Assembly (NCBI GenBank): GCA_013239625.1
Contig: MU053934.1
Coordinates: 4,916,399 to 4,980,398 of the forward strand
DNA: 64,000 nt
Origin: Lama guanicoe
Taxonomy: Eukaryota
Reading direction: 5' to 3'
Shown here: in pieces, positions 25,400 to 37,965 of the stretch
Position numbering within the stretch: position 1 is the first letter of the stretch
How the letters are laid out: each line of letters opens with the position of its first letter
Program-made: the position numbers and the translations under genes
Notes under the pieces: model-generated
The model's input: only the letters and a program-made list of their open reading frames with translations
Told to the model about the DNA's origin: nothing
Databases searched by the model: none

Positions 25400-27960
25400 A
25401 AATGGAAAATATAGGGATGGAGCCAAACATAAATGAGAATTTATTACATGATAGAAGTCACAATTCAAATCAATGGGGAAAAGATGGAATATTCAATAAA
25501 TGATGCTGAGACAACTGATTATCATTTGTAAAAGTAAAATTTAAAAAATGGACCTCTAATACTCTCCATCTATCAAAACAAATTCTTGATAGACAACATT
25601 TAAATATATATTTTAAAAATTGAAGCATAAAAAGCTAGGATAGTTTCTTACAAAAGTAAACATACCCTTACCACATGACCCAGCAATTGGGCTCCTTGGT
25701 ATTTACCCAAAGGAGTTAAAAATTTATGCCCACACAAAAGCCTACACACAACTGTTTATGGTAGCTTTATTCATAACTGTCAAAGGCTGGACGCAATCAA
25801 GATGTCCTTTAGTGGGTGAATGGATTAATAAATTGTGGTATATCCAAACAATGGCATATTATTCAGCACTAAAAAGAAACGAGCTGTTAAGTAATGAAAA
25901 GAGATAGAGGAATCTTAAATGCATATTACTAAATGAAAGAAGCCAGTCTGAAAAGGATCCATAGTATATGACTTCCTGGAAAAAGCAAAACTATGGAGAT
26001 AGTAAAAGGATCAGTGGTTGCCAGGAGTTAGGGGGAAGGGAGGAATGAATAGGTGGAGCACAAAGGATTTTTTGTGCAATGAAACTATTCTCTAAATTAC
26101 AACGGCAGATACATATCACTATACATTTATCAAAACCTTTAGAACATACAACCCCAGGAGTGAACCCTAATATAAACTATGGTCTTTGGGTGATAAAGTG
26201 TTAATTTAGGTTCATTGAATGTAACAAATGTACTACGCTGATGAGGGATATTGATATTGGGGGAGGCTGTTTGGGGTAGGGGGTGGGGACAGGGGGTATA
26301 TAGGGACATCTCTGTATATTCCCCTCAATTTTGTTGTGAACTTAAAACTGATCTGAAAAATAGTCTGTTAAAATAAGAAGCCAGGGTGACATTTTATAAA
26401 GTCTTACACTAGAGAAGTTCTTTCTGGAAATGACTTAATATCTAGAAACCATTTTTTAAAAGGTGAATTTGGCCACATTAAAATTTGATTTCTATAAGGC
26501 TGTGATATTGATTTATAGTAAGAAACATATATTTGGCCTTTGTTCATGGTTTCTGGCACAGAACTCCTAAAACTCTTGTAATTCCCTAAATGGTAGGAGC
26601 ATGAGGAGCATCAGTCTAACATTTGGTCTTTGACTCTGATTCCTGACACAGAGCTCCTAAATCCCTGGAATTTTCTGGGTGATAGGAATGTCTTTGTTCT
26701 AATGAGGTAACTCTTGGTGGGCTCCTGGATGGCTTCAGGATGGGCACTAGTCATGACAAAGATCAAGCCATGGTTAGAAAATTGAAACTTTCAACCCTAA
26801 CTCTCATTCTCCAAGAAGGGAGAGGGTTAGAGACTGAGTTAATGATCAATCATGTCTACATGATGAAGCCTTCATAAAAATCCCAAAAGTACAGCATACA
26901 AAGAACTTCAGGATTGGTGAACACATTTATATGCCCAGAGGTTGAGGTGCCCTACTCCATAGGCACAGAAGCTCCTGCACCCAAGACCATTTTGAATCTC
27001 ACCATATGTATTTCTTCATCTGTGCCCTTTATCATATCCTTTATTATATCACATAAGTGTTTCCCTGAGTACTGTAAGCTGTTCCAGCAAATCATCGAAC
27101 CTAAGGAGGGGGTCATTGGAACACTAATTTATAGTGTCGGCCAGAAGTACATGTAACAACCTGGAACTTGCCATTGGTATCTTAAGCGGAGGCTGTGGGG
27201 AGGGAAGTCTTGTGGACTGGGCCCCGAATCTGTGGGACCTGATGCCATCTCCCGGTAGACAGTGTAAGAAATGAGTAAAATGTCAGACACCCACCTGGTG
27301 TCAGAGAATTGCTTAATGTGTGAAAAACACATGTCTCTGGGGTTAGAAGTGAAATGTGGAAGTACTGAGACAGTAAGGAAGAAACACAGGAGGAATAATG
27401 TGTTTTTCTTTTCCAAAGGAAAAAAAAAGCCATAAATAAAATAAATGAAATCAAATGAAAAACTAAAAATGAATAGACGGATGAAGGACCAGATGACGGG
27501 CTAATTATTTAACAGCTCTTAGAAGCTGATAAGAAAAAGATAAGAAACCAAAGAGAAAAATGAACAAAAGGACATGAACAGAATTAATAAATAAAAACAA
27601 ATGCCCAATAAACACATGGAAAGTTGTTCAATCTTACATATAATTGCAATAAAACAAATTAAAACAAAAATTTTCCACCTCTCAGACTGACAAAGATGTA
27701 AAAATTTGTAATACTCAGTATTTGCATAGATGAGGGGATACACTTTTGGTGTATATAAACTGGTGCAACTTTTGGGGGGACAATTTGGCAGTACTTTCCA
27801 AAACTAGAAATAAATATAACATTTCAGCTATTCCACTTCTGGGAGAGCATCATAAAAATATATGTACAAGGCTGTTATTGCAATATTGCTTTTCACAGAC
27901 AAAAACATTAAAAATCTCTAAATGATTACCAACAGGGATTGGTTAAATAAATTAAGATTC
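25400..27960 (+). mobile_element. Old L1M fragments, including an L1MC1-like 3' UTR (25640-26370), split by MER21
   Basis: attcaataaatgatgctgagacaactg; tgacccagcaatt; gagtgaaccctaatataaactatgg. L1 sequence resumes after 27415. Confidence 0.75.
26501..27415. mobile_element. MER21B-like LTR
   Basis: Begins tgtgatattgatttatagtaagaaacatatatttgg..ctggcacagaactcctaaaac and ends ttttcCA; TSD aaggc/aagga. Confidence 0.8.
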
Positions 27961-28419
27961 ATTCATATACAAATACAGCACAAGATAAATAACTACTAGG
28001 AATGTAATATGCAACATGATAAATATAATTAACATTGCTGTATGTTATATATGAAAGTTGTTCAAAGAGTAAATCCAAGAATTAACACCACAAGGAAAAC
28101 ATTTTTTCTTTGTCTTTTATTTTGAAACTACACGAACTGATGGGTGTTCACTAAACTTATTGTGGTAATCATTTCATGATGTAAAAAACAAGAAAAGAAA
28201 GAGAAAAATTCTTGGCAGCTATGCATTCTATTTGAAGTTGTGATAAGAACTAATTTTTATGTTTATTGCTGATAAACAGATTTTTTAAATGTCCACTTAC
28301 TCATGCAGCACTGGAAACATCTTATAATCTGAAAGGAAAGTAACACATGCCTGACATCTTGGCCTCTGTCTCTGCAAGTTCTCTACCTTAGAACTCTCAG
28401 CAGCAAGGGTGGTGACACC

Positions 28420-28610
28420 ATTGTCCAACAGAACTTTCTGTAATACCAGAAATACTCTAGTCTGCGCCGTCCAATGTGGTAGCCACTAGCTACATGTGAC
28501 AGTTGAGCATTTGAAATGTTTCATTTCATTTTATTAATGTAACTCAAGTTTTCATTTCATTTTATTAGTGTAAATTTAAATAGTCACAAGTGTTTAGTAT
28601 CTACCTTATC
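28420..28610. mobile_element. MER3-like hAT MITE
   Basis: tgtccaacagaactttctg..gtccaatgtggtagccactagctacatgtg..ttgagcatttgaaatg. Confidence 0.8.
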
Positions 28611-29441
28611 AAGTAAGTTGTAATATTTGTGAACAGAGGGTTAATTACTGAGACTTAACTATTCAGTTTGTGAATTATTCCCCTGTTCTTTCTCTCCCTG
28701 TATTTAAATCTGCTTTGAAAAATTAATAATAATGGTGATAATGAAAAAAAGAACACAGCACAGCTATATATACTGAAATAGAAATATTTCCATTAATATA
28801 TAGTTTAATGAAAAAAGCATATTTTGGAACAATTTACATTGAATGATTTCATTTATTACATAGAAAGATGAAGATATATTGCTTAGTTAAAAATATGTTC
28901 CAGAGCAGAGTATCTTGAATGAATCCATTTAGGTAAAAGAAATGTATGGACAAAGAAAATTTTCCCCCAAATTCATAACAACTGTAATAGTTGCCTCTGA
29001 GGAAAGGAACTGAAGGAGTATAGAGAAGTAAGAAGAAATTTTGTTTTTCACTTTTTATCCTTTCATATCATTTAAATTTTTTTCAATAAGTACTTTCTAA
29101 TTTAAAAAGAATAAAAGTACAAACCTGAAAATAAAGACTCCTGGCACAGAGCAATAAGGCATAAAGAAAGTAAAAGATTGCTGAATCAAACATAATTAGG
29201 ATAAGAATAATTTCCATTTCTCTAACAGCATTGATGAGTTCAAATTTTTGAAAATATAATAAATGATATGCTAATAAACCTAAGAATAAAAACTGTTTAC
29301 TCTTCACTTAGCAAATAATAAACACAGGCAGTAGGAAGTAAACATTTATCTTCTATCACTAGCAATTTAGTAACTCACAACTACACTGAAGGCTTTGGTC
29401 AGCTTTAATTTTGTGTGACTCAATTTATAGCATCCCTAACT

Positions 29442-29455
29442 GTTGCTATGGAAAC
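29442..29455. promoter_or_regulatory. Candidate RFX X-box (GTTGCTATGGAAAC)
   Basis: Close match to the palindromic X-box GTTRCCATGGYAAC in apparently non-repetitive intron; TGACTCA lies about 20 bp upstream. Motif only, no functional evidence. Confidence 0.4.
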
Positions 29456-30339
29456 AACTGTGACCAAAAAAATCATAACCTCACTGTTGAATCTCCTCAA
29501 GCAGGAAAAGAGGAAGGTCCTTTGAGGTGATGAAAAGCTACAAAAGCCTTATTAATTAGCTTTTATTTTAATAATAAAAATTCTGCGAGTATGCAGAGAG
29601 AAAACTCATCTACATCTAAGTGTAAAATTTAAAGGCTTTCTTTAGTTTGGAAAGTATCAGAGGCGAGAACTATTCTGCTTCTGAAAGCCCTATTCTGTTA
29701 AGAATTTTATTTACTGCTTTCAGATCAGTTTTTCATTTGTGGAAAGAGAATAAAGAGGTTTCTATTTAAAGTTTTTAAAAAACTTTTCAAGCACTCCTCA
29801 TTCTGCCTAAGCAATCAACAATATCACTTCTTTCTCATTCTTTATTAATAACATGAGAATTTTTAATGTAGGTGCAGTACATCTGGCAACAACAATTAGA
29901 TTTACTATTCAACTTGGTAGGTTTTGTCTTCTGGTACAAGAGCAGATGACTGAAGAGACATATTAGATTGCATCAAATGTTCCTGACAGTAATAACAGTA
30001 ATGCTTGTCAATAGGATAATGGAATAGTGTTCTGATACAGTGATGCTCTGAGAAAGAAAAATCCAGTCTTAAACTTCCTTTGAGAGATGGGTACCATATT
30101 CTGCTCAGATATAAGATGTGGAATGATGTAAATCAATTACAGTGGGTACCTCCAAAGTAAGAAAGAATGATAATAATGAGAATTTAAAGACTGATACAAC
30201 AACAAAAAAAACCCTAGGTGACATTTTATGTCTTTGTTAGACTCCAGAGCATACAAGATTATGCTATTAAGTCTATTTTCTCCCTTAAAAGCCACTAGCA
30301 TCAAATAAACTGGTCTCAAATTTAAAAATCTCTGTTTTT

Positions 30340-32459
30340 GAATAAAAGGGATCCAAATTGGAAAAGAAGAGCTAAAAGTGTCACTATATGCCGATGACAT
30401 GATGCTATATATAGAAAACCCTAAAAGGTCCACACAAAAACTACTAGAACTAATCAAAGAATTCAGCAAGGTAGCAGGTTACAAGATTAACGTTCAAAAA
30501 TCAGTTGCATTTCCATACACTAACGATGAATCAACAGAAAAAGAAAGTAAAGAAACGATCCCCTTTAAAAAAGCACCCAAAGCAATAAAATGCCTAGGAA
30601 TAAATTTAACCAAGGATGTGAAAGACTTATACACAGAAAACTATAAACAATTGATGAAGGAAATTAAAGAAGACTTAAAAAAAATGGAAAGATATCCCAT
30701 GCTCCTGGATTGGAAGACTCAATATTGTTAAAATGGTCACACTGCCCAAGGCAATCTACAGATTTAATGCAATCCCTATCAAATTACCCAGGACATATTT
30801 CACAGAACTAGAACAAATCACAATAAAATTTATGTGGAACCACAAAAGACCTAGAATTGCCAAAGCATTATTAAAGAAAAAGAAAGAGGCTGGAGGAATA
30901 ACTCTCCCAGACTTCAGACAATACTACAGAGCTACAGTCATCAAGACAGCATGGTACTGGTACAAAAACAGACATATAGACCAATGGAACAGAATAGATA
31001 GCCCAGAAATGAACCCACAAACTTTTGGTCAACTAATATTCGGCAAAGGAGGCAAGAATATACAATGGAATAAAGATAGTCTCTTCAGCAAATGGTGCTG
31101 GGAAAACTGGACAGCAGCATGTAAATCAATGAAGCTAGAATACTCCCTTACACCATACACAAAAATCAACTCAAAATGGATCAAAGACTTAAACATAAGA
31201 CAAGATATTTCCTAGAAGAAAATAAAGGCAAAATATTATCTTACATACATCTCAAAAATGTTCTCCTAAGGCAGTCTACCCAAGCAATAGAAATAAAAGC
31301 AAGAATAAACAAATGGGACCTAATTAAACTTACAAGCTTCTGCACAGCAAAGGAAACCATAAGTAAAACAAAACGACAACCTACAGAATGGGAGAAAATT
31401 TTTGCAAACGATGAAACCGACAAAGGCTTGATCTCCAAAATATATAAGCAGCTCATACACATAATAAGAAACAAACAACCTAATCCAAAAATGGGCAGAA
31501 GATCTAAACAAGCAATTCTTCAAGAAAGAAATACAAATGATCAATAGGCACATGAAAAAATGCTCAATATCACTAATTATCAGAGAAATGAAAATCAAAA
31601 CTACAATGAGGTATCACCTCACACCAGTCAGAAAGGCCATCACTCAAAAGTCCACAAATGACAAATGCTGGAGAGGCTGTGGAGAAAGGGGAGCCCTCCT
31701 GCACTGCTGGTGGGAATGCAGTTTGGTGCAAGCACTGTGGAAAACAGCATGGAGATTCCTCAAAAGATTACGAATAGACTTACCATGGGACCCAGGAATC
31801 CTGCTCCTGGGCATATATCCAGAAGGAACCCTACTTCAGGATGACACCTGCGCCCCAATGTTCATAGCAGCACTATTTACTATAGCCAAGACATGGAAAC
31901 AGCCTAAATGTCCATCAACAGATGACTGGATAAAGAAGATGTGGTATATTTATACAATGGAATACTACTCAGCCATAAAAACGACAATGTAACGCCATTT
32001 GCAGCAACATGGATGTTTCTGGAAAATGTCATTCTAAGTGAAGTAAGCCAGAAAGAGAAAGAAAAATACCATATGAGATCGCTCATATGTGGAATCTAAA
32101 AACAACAACAACAAAAACATAAATACAAAACAGAAACAGACTCATAGACATAGAATACAAACTTGTGGTTGCCAAGGGGGCAGGGGATGGGAAGGGACAG
32201 AATGGGGTTTCAAAATCTGTACATACTGACAGGTATATGCACAATAGATAAACAAGATTATACTGTATAGCACAGGGAAATATATACAAGATCTTGTGGT
32301 AGCTCACAGTGAAAAAAAAAATGTGACAATGAATATATGTATGTTCATGTATAACTGAAAAATTGTGCTCTACACTGGAATTTGACACAACATTGTAAAA
32401 TGACTATAACTCAATAAAAAATGTTTTAAAAAATAAAATAAAATAAAATAAAATAAAAA
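30340..32459 (+). mobile_element. Young 5'-truncated camelid L1 (ORF2 C-terminal half, 3' UTR and (AAAAT)n tail); inactive
   Basis: ORF2 peptides [15 protein letters not shown] (RT YADD), [16 protein letters not shown] and [18 protein letters not shown] (C-terminal Cys motif), broken by several frameshifts. Confidence 0.97.
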
Positions 32460-32914
32460 CCATTTTGACTTAATGTCATATCTTAAAAAATAATCTGTGT
32501 ATTTTCAACCTATGGGCTATTATGCAATTAAGAAACAGTGAAATTTTATGTACTTTTTCTGAGCTGCTAGAAAATCACATAAATTCAACATCTAGTCGGG
32601 TTGGGGGAAAGGGTTGGGAAAAGAAGGGGGAGAAATAATTCCAACTCCCCACCATAGGAACCGTGGCAGAACACTAAACAAAGCACTCTGAGCAGGAGGC
32701 CAAACAAGCCTCTTTTACAGGAAAAGAGGAGAAGAGAGTTAACATTGTCTACTCATTCATTCATTTCATTCTTTGTTAACAAAAATTTGGCAACTAAAGA
32801 TTCAGTAATGAATACAACTAAAAAGGGCTCAAAAGCTTCTAAAAAGCAGCTGTCTTTCTAGTAAGGAAACGCACATAAAATAAAATAGAAAACAAATAAG
32901 CCAATGAGATAATT

Positions 32915-35105
32915 TTCAGTCAAGATGGTTCCATTGTTCATACCTTGAGGATACTTTTCCTTCTCCAAACACGTATCAATGAAAGAGAAGATACAAATGT
33001 GAAAATTAAAGGTAAAGTCTTGCTCAAAAACAAGGCGAACATCTTCATGGATGGGAGCATGCACAGAAACACATAATGGTGAAGAGGTTGAAGCTGTGGA
33101 CCACTGGGGCTCTGGATCCAGAAAAAGGCAGAGAAGACCAGATGCCCAATTCCAGAGGGGTAAATACAGATTTGAAGTGGCCATCCAAGATAGGACTGCT
33201 AAAGATGGGCTCACTGCTTGAAATTATGCCTAGGCATTGGGCTCTCCTACTTATAAAGGAAGTTAAAATAACCTGGCATCAATCACAGCCCACGCTATGG
33301 CTTCTAAAAGTATTATGCAAGTAGTGAAAGGACACAAACTAAACTGCACCAGCAACTGATCCACAGCATCCCTTGACCTGGGGAGCAGATCTGCAGTATC
33401 TCTGACATCAGCGAAAAAAGGAGCCCCAAGCTGCCAGTCTAAGTCCTGAATGTGATATGTAGTCCCAGGTGTCAGGAGGAGGCAACTGAAAAACTGTTAG
33501 GCAGGGAAGGGTAAGGACACTCAGAGAGAAAGAAAGATAAAAAACCTGAGCCACTCACAGGAACTTCAAACCAATACTACAAAACAGAAAGAAAACTGAA
33601 CTCACTCCTGACAAAATGAAACTAAGAAATCTAAGCATTAAAACTAAGTATAGACAGCCCTCAAAAAGATAATGGAAAGGATGACATTAATCTAAAGGAA
33701 TAGGAAAACAAGAAGCAAAACCAGGCATTGATGAAGTACAAGTGGATATCCTATAAAAATGCAATGCAATGAGAAATCCTGGCAAGGTAAAACATAGCTA
33801 CTGAAATAAAACCCTTAATGGACAGGAAAAACTCCAGAGTGGACACAAAGGAAAGGAGAAGATGACAAACTAGAAGATAGTTCTGATTAATTACCTAAAA
33901 TGCAGCAGGATATAATGATACAAATGTCATATAATTATAAAAGCAGTTGATAGGGGCAGATGGTTACCAGACTTATTACGGTGATCATTTCATAATACGT
34001 ACAAATATCAAGTCACTATGTAGTACACCTGAAACTAACATAACGTTGTACATCAACTATACTTTAATAAAAATTTTTCAATAAAATAAAGCAGTTGAAA
34101 GACATGGAAAATGAGAGGTTAAGTGGCTCAATATATATCTAGAAGAAATTAACCAGAAAAATATCAAGGAAATAGAGAAAAAGTATTTGAGGAGCTACAT
34201 ACGCTAGAATTAAAGATGTGTGTTCTTAGGTGAAATGTTCTTAGGAAGATGTTCTTAGGTCACCCGTCCTCTTTCTAACACCTCAGGGCAGGTCCTTTAC
34301 AATTTAAGGAGTGCCTCCCTCAAAAGCTGCTGCTTCTTGGGGTACTAAGGATAAAGACCTGATTTGAGGCACTGATTCTCAGAATGAGGAATGATTAACT
34401 GGTATTCTTGAAGGGAAACAGGAGGGGAGACAGGTGCTCTCCACCCTGGAGTCCGCTTCTCCCACCTCCCACTTAACCTGGTAGGACTGATATAGAGGAA
34501 GATCTGAACTTGCAATCCTAAACAGAGCAGTCAGAACCCTAGCGGTAACCAATCCTTTGAGGATCAAAACTATTTTAAAATAACCTGAATTACAGGTTTC
34601 ATCAGAAACACAGATATCAGAAAAGATGGATCAAGAAGTTAAAATAAGCTTAATACACATACTAGAATAAATAAGGAAAGATATAAGCAATATGAAACAT
34701 GAACAAACACAATAAAAAAGAATAAAATAGAAATATTAAATATCAAATGTAAAAACAGAATGTTAAAATAGTGAACACAGACAGGATATATAGTGGAATG
34801 GACATAGTTGAGAACAAATTATTAAACTGGACAATCAGTATGAGAAACTCTGCAAGTAAAAAGAAAACAGTACATAAACAGAAACTACAAAGAGAAGTTA
34901 AGGGATATGAAGACAGAAATAGAATTACTAATATCCAAATAAGAAGAGCCCAAGAAAGAGAGAAAAATGAAAATAAACATTTGGAAATACCTGAACCAGA
35001 GACAACTGTCTCAGAATTACAGATGAAAGACCTCACACTAGAAAGCCTCACAGGGTGACAAAGAAGAGAGAGAAGGGAAATCCGCACTTAAGCATACTAC
35101 ACATT
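32915..35105 (+). mobile_element. Old HAL1/L1ME-like 5' and ORF1-region remnants
   Basis: A-rich, with coiled-coil-like decayed ORF1 (34771-35058 peptide ..IYSGMDIVENKL..EDRNRITNIQI..). Confidence 0.55.
33951..34087 (+). mobile_element. Short L1 3' end with an 11-bp TSD
   Basis: atggttaccagacttattacggtgatcatttc..gtacacctgaaactaacataac; TSD aaagcagttga at 33940-33950 and 34088-34098. Confidence 0.85.
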
Positions 35106-35114
35106 AAAATTTAA

Positions 35115-36800
35115 GTCTTTTTAACAATGGGGATGAAACAACTGGATATCTGTAGGGAAAAAAAATTTAAGAACCCCGACCTATACTTCACATCTTATAC
35201 AAAAATTACATCAAAACAGAACACAGACTTAAATCTAAAACATAAAACTATGAAACTTTTAGAAGAAAATATGAAAGAAAATCTACATGACTTTGGGTTA
35301 GATAAAGAGTTCTTAGATATGACACAAAAAAACATGATCCACAAAATAAAAAAATGATAAACTTGACTTCACCAAAACTTAAAACTGTTGCTCTGTTAGG
35401 ACATTGTTTAAAAGAAAAGACAAGCCACAGACTGGAAGAAAACACATGCAGGTCACATCTGACATAGGACTCAAATCCAGGATATATGAAGAACCTCAAA
35501 ACTCAATGGTTAAAAAAAAACAGTAACAACTAATTAGAAAATGGGCAAAAGATATGAACGTATATTTAACCATAGAGAAGTTATGATGCCACAAATAAGC
35601 ACACGAAAAGATGTTCAATATCATTAACCACTTGGGAAACACAAATTAAAACCACAATGAGATATCACTAGAAGCCTAGTAGAATAAGTAAAATAAAAAT
35701 AGTGGTAATACCAAAAGTTGGTGAGGATGCAGACAAACTGATCTCATACACTGCTAGTGGATGTAAAATGGTACAGCCATGCTTGAAAACAGTTTGAAAG
35801 TTTCTTACAAAACTTAGTATGCACTTATCATACAACACAGATAAATGAAAACTTCATATGCAAAAACCTGTACCCAAATGTTCACAGCAGCTTTATTCAC
35901 AAATAGCCCCAAACTGGAAACACTCAGCTATCCTTCAGTGGGTGAATGGGTGAATAAACTCTGGTACATCTATACTCTGGATGCTACTCAACAATGAAAA
36001 TGCATGAGTTATTGATTCATGAAACAACCTGAATGGATCTCAAGAATATTATCTGAGTGGAAAAAATCTATCTCAAAGGGTTATATATTATCTGAGTCCA
36101 CTTACATACTTCCTAGAAATAAAACTGTGGAGATGGAGAAAAGATTAGTGGTTGCCAATGGATGGGGTTGGGAGGAGTGTGTTGGGGTGGACAGCATGTG
36201 AACTTCTGTGCTGACAGAACAGTTCTGTATCTTGAATCTATACCTAGGATAAAATGCACACTCTCCCCAACACCCCACGCAGGTTAAAAGAAAAAGAACA
36301 CTGAATTAAAATTTTGAAAACTGAATAAGGACTTTAGTCTAGTTAGCAATACCATACCAGTGTCCATTTCCTGGTTTTGATACCATACTACAGCTATATA
36401 AGATGTCGACATGGGAAAGCTAGGCAAAGGGTATGCGGGATTCTGTACTATTACTGCAATATCCTGTTTAAGTCTGTAATTACTTCATAATAAAAAGCTT
36501 TTTTTTAAATGAGCAGAGAAAGATGGACTGTTCAATAAATTACATATGGCTTATCTACAGGGGTACAAATAATATAAGACCCCTATCTTACACGACATAG
36601 TAAAATTCTAGAGGGCATAAAGATTTCAACATTTAGAAGGAAAAATAAGAGATCTTTATTTTATTAGAATAAAAAAATTTCTTAAATATGATTTTTAAAA
36701 AACACCAACAATAAAGGAAAATTTTGATAGTTTAATCTATTCTTATTTAAAATTCTGTATAACAAAAAATATCAAAAACAAAGTTAAAAGACAAGCATAG
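35115..36800 (+). mobile_element. L1MC-like ORF2 end and 3' UTR, plus an older L1 fragment
   Basis: Peptide 35127-35357 (YTKITSKQNTDLNLKHKTMKLLEEN) and typical L1MC 3' UTR motifs. Confidence 0.85.
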
Positions 36801-36814
36801 TCTCTCTTAGAAAA

Positions 36815-37014
36815 CATGAAGCTGGAAAAGGCAAGAAGACGGGTCCTCCCACGGGGCCTCCGGAGAGGAACGCCACCCTGCAGGCACCTAGATTCCAGCC
36901 CGGGAGACCCGTGTCAGACCTCTACCCTACAGAACTGTAAAGTAAGACATCTGCATTGATTTAAGGCACTAAGTCTGTGGCAATTTGTTAGAGCAGCAAC
37001 AGAAAACTACTATA
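36815..37014 (+). mobile_element. MLT1D-like MaLR LTR, 3' portion
   Basis: gaagctggaaaaggcaagaa..cagaactgtaa..ttaaggcactaagtctgtggcaatttgttagagcagcaacagaaaactactata. Confidence 0.85.
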
Positions 37015-37023
37015 GTGACTTAC

Positions 37024-37142
37024 TTCTGTCGACTTCCAAGCACTAATCTTGAGTGGCAGCATCTCCTGTGACAACACGGTTCCACCAGACAGCTGAATGT
37101 CTTGACGCTGCTCTCGTTTCAGTCCTGACTTGGAAGTGTTTT
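37024..37142 (-). CDS. ENTHD1: ENTHD1 internal coding exon (equivalent to human exon 4)
   Basis: Translates (K)NTSKSGLKREQRQDIQLSGGTVLSQEMLPLKISAWKSTE, similar to recalled human NVCKAGLKQEHCQDVHLPTETMLSQETLPLKIHGWKSTE. Acceptor ttgacAG, donor GAA|GTaagt; 119 nt, phase 1 to phase 0, in frame with the previous exon. Confidence 0.93.
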
Positions 37143-37722
37143 CTGTCAACAACATAAAGCTAAGATTGGACTTTGACAAAAGATAGTAATGTTTTTACAT
37201 TAGCTTGTAATTTTTAAGTTATTCACTTCTGAAGATCCATTTTGTCTATAAAATATACATCATCTGTCAATGGTTACCTATGAATATTAATCATTTAATA
37301 TATCCCTTTATAATAATAGACAAGTTCAGACAGATTTTTAAAATACAACTTCAATTCTAGCCCTTTCTCCTATCAATGATTCTATTTTACAGTTTTATTA
37401 TTTGAAATATCTTTTTAAAAATAAGATATAATATACTGTAAAAAATAGTTTGGAAATGTGAAAATTACTCAAATGAAATTTTAGCAAAGCAGAAATGACA
37501 ACTATAATTATTCTAATTAATATTTAAAAGAACTTTATTACTGCAGTGTGAATTTCATCTGTTCTAGGTGAAAGTAATCAGAAATGTATAGATTGTTTCA
37601 TAAAAAGAAACTTTCAAACAAAATTTTTAAAACTTAAACAAAAAAGAATATGCCAATGAAAATAAGCTACTTTTCTGCTTTTATAGTTTTGATAAACTTA
37701 ATTTTTTAAGACAATTTATGTC

Positions 37723-37848
37723 TTTTTTTAACATTTTTTATTGATTTATAATCATTTTACAATGTTGTGTCAAATTCCAGGGTACAGCACAATTTTTCGG
37801 TTATACATGAACATATATATATTCATTGTCACATTTTTTTCTCTGTGA
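37723..37848 (-). mobile_element. Very short 3' end of the young camelid L1 family
   Basis: Near-identical to the reverse complement of 39653-39770 and 32305-32425. Confidence 0.9.
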
Positions 37849-37965
37849 ACTTAATGGTTTTGCAGTCTTAATATCACTTTCCTCCCTATGTTAATTACTA
37901 TGTAAACAAAAGTATTAGTACCAACTATATTTCAGCACATTACTGGGTACAACAAAAAGCGTAAG

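Noticed and set aside
30378..31992. Active L1 or host gene from the long ORFs
   Set aside because: 5'-truncated, lacks ORF1 and the endonuclease domain, and carries several frameshifts.
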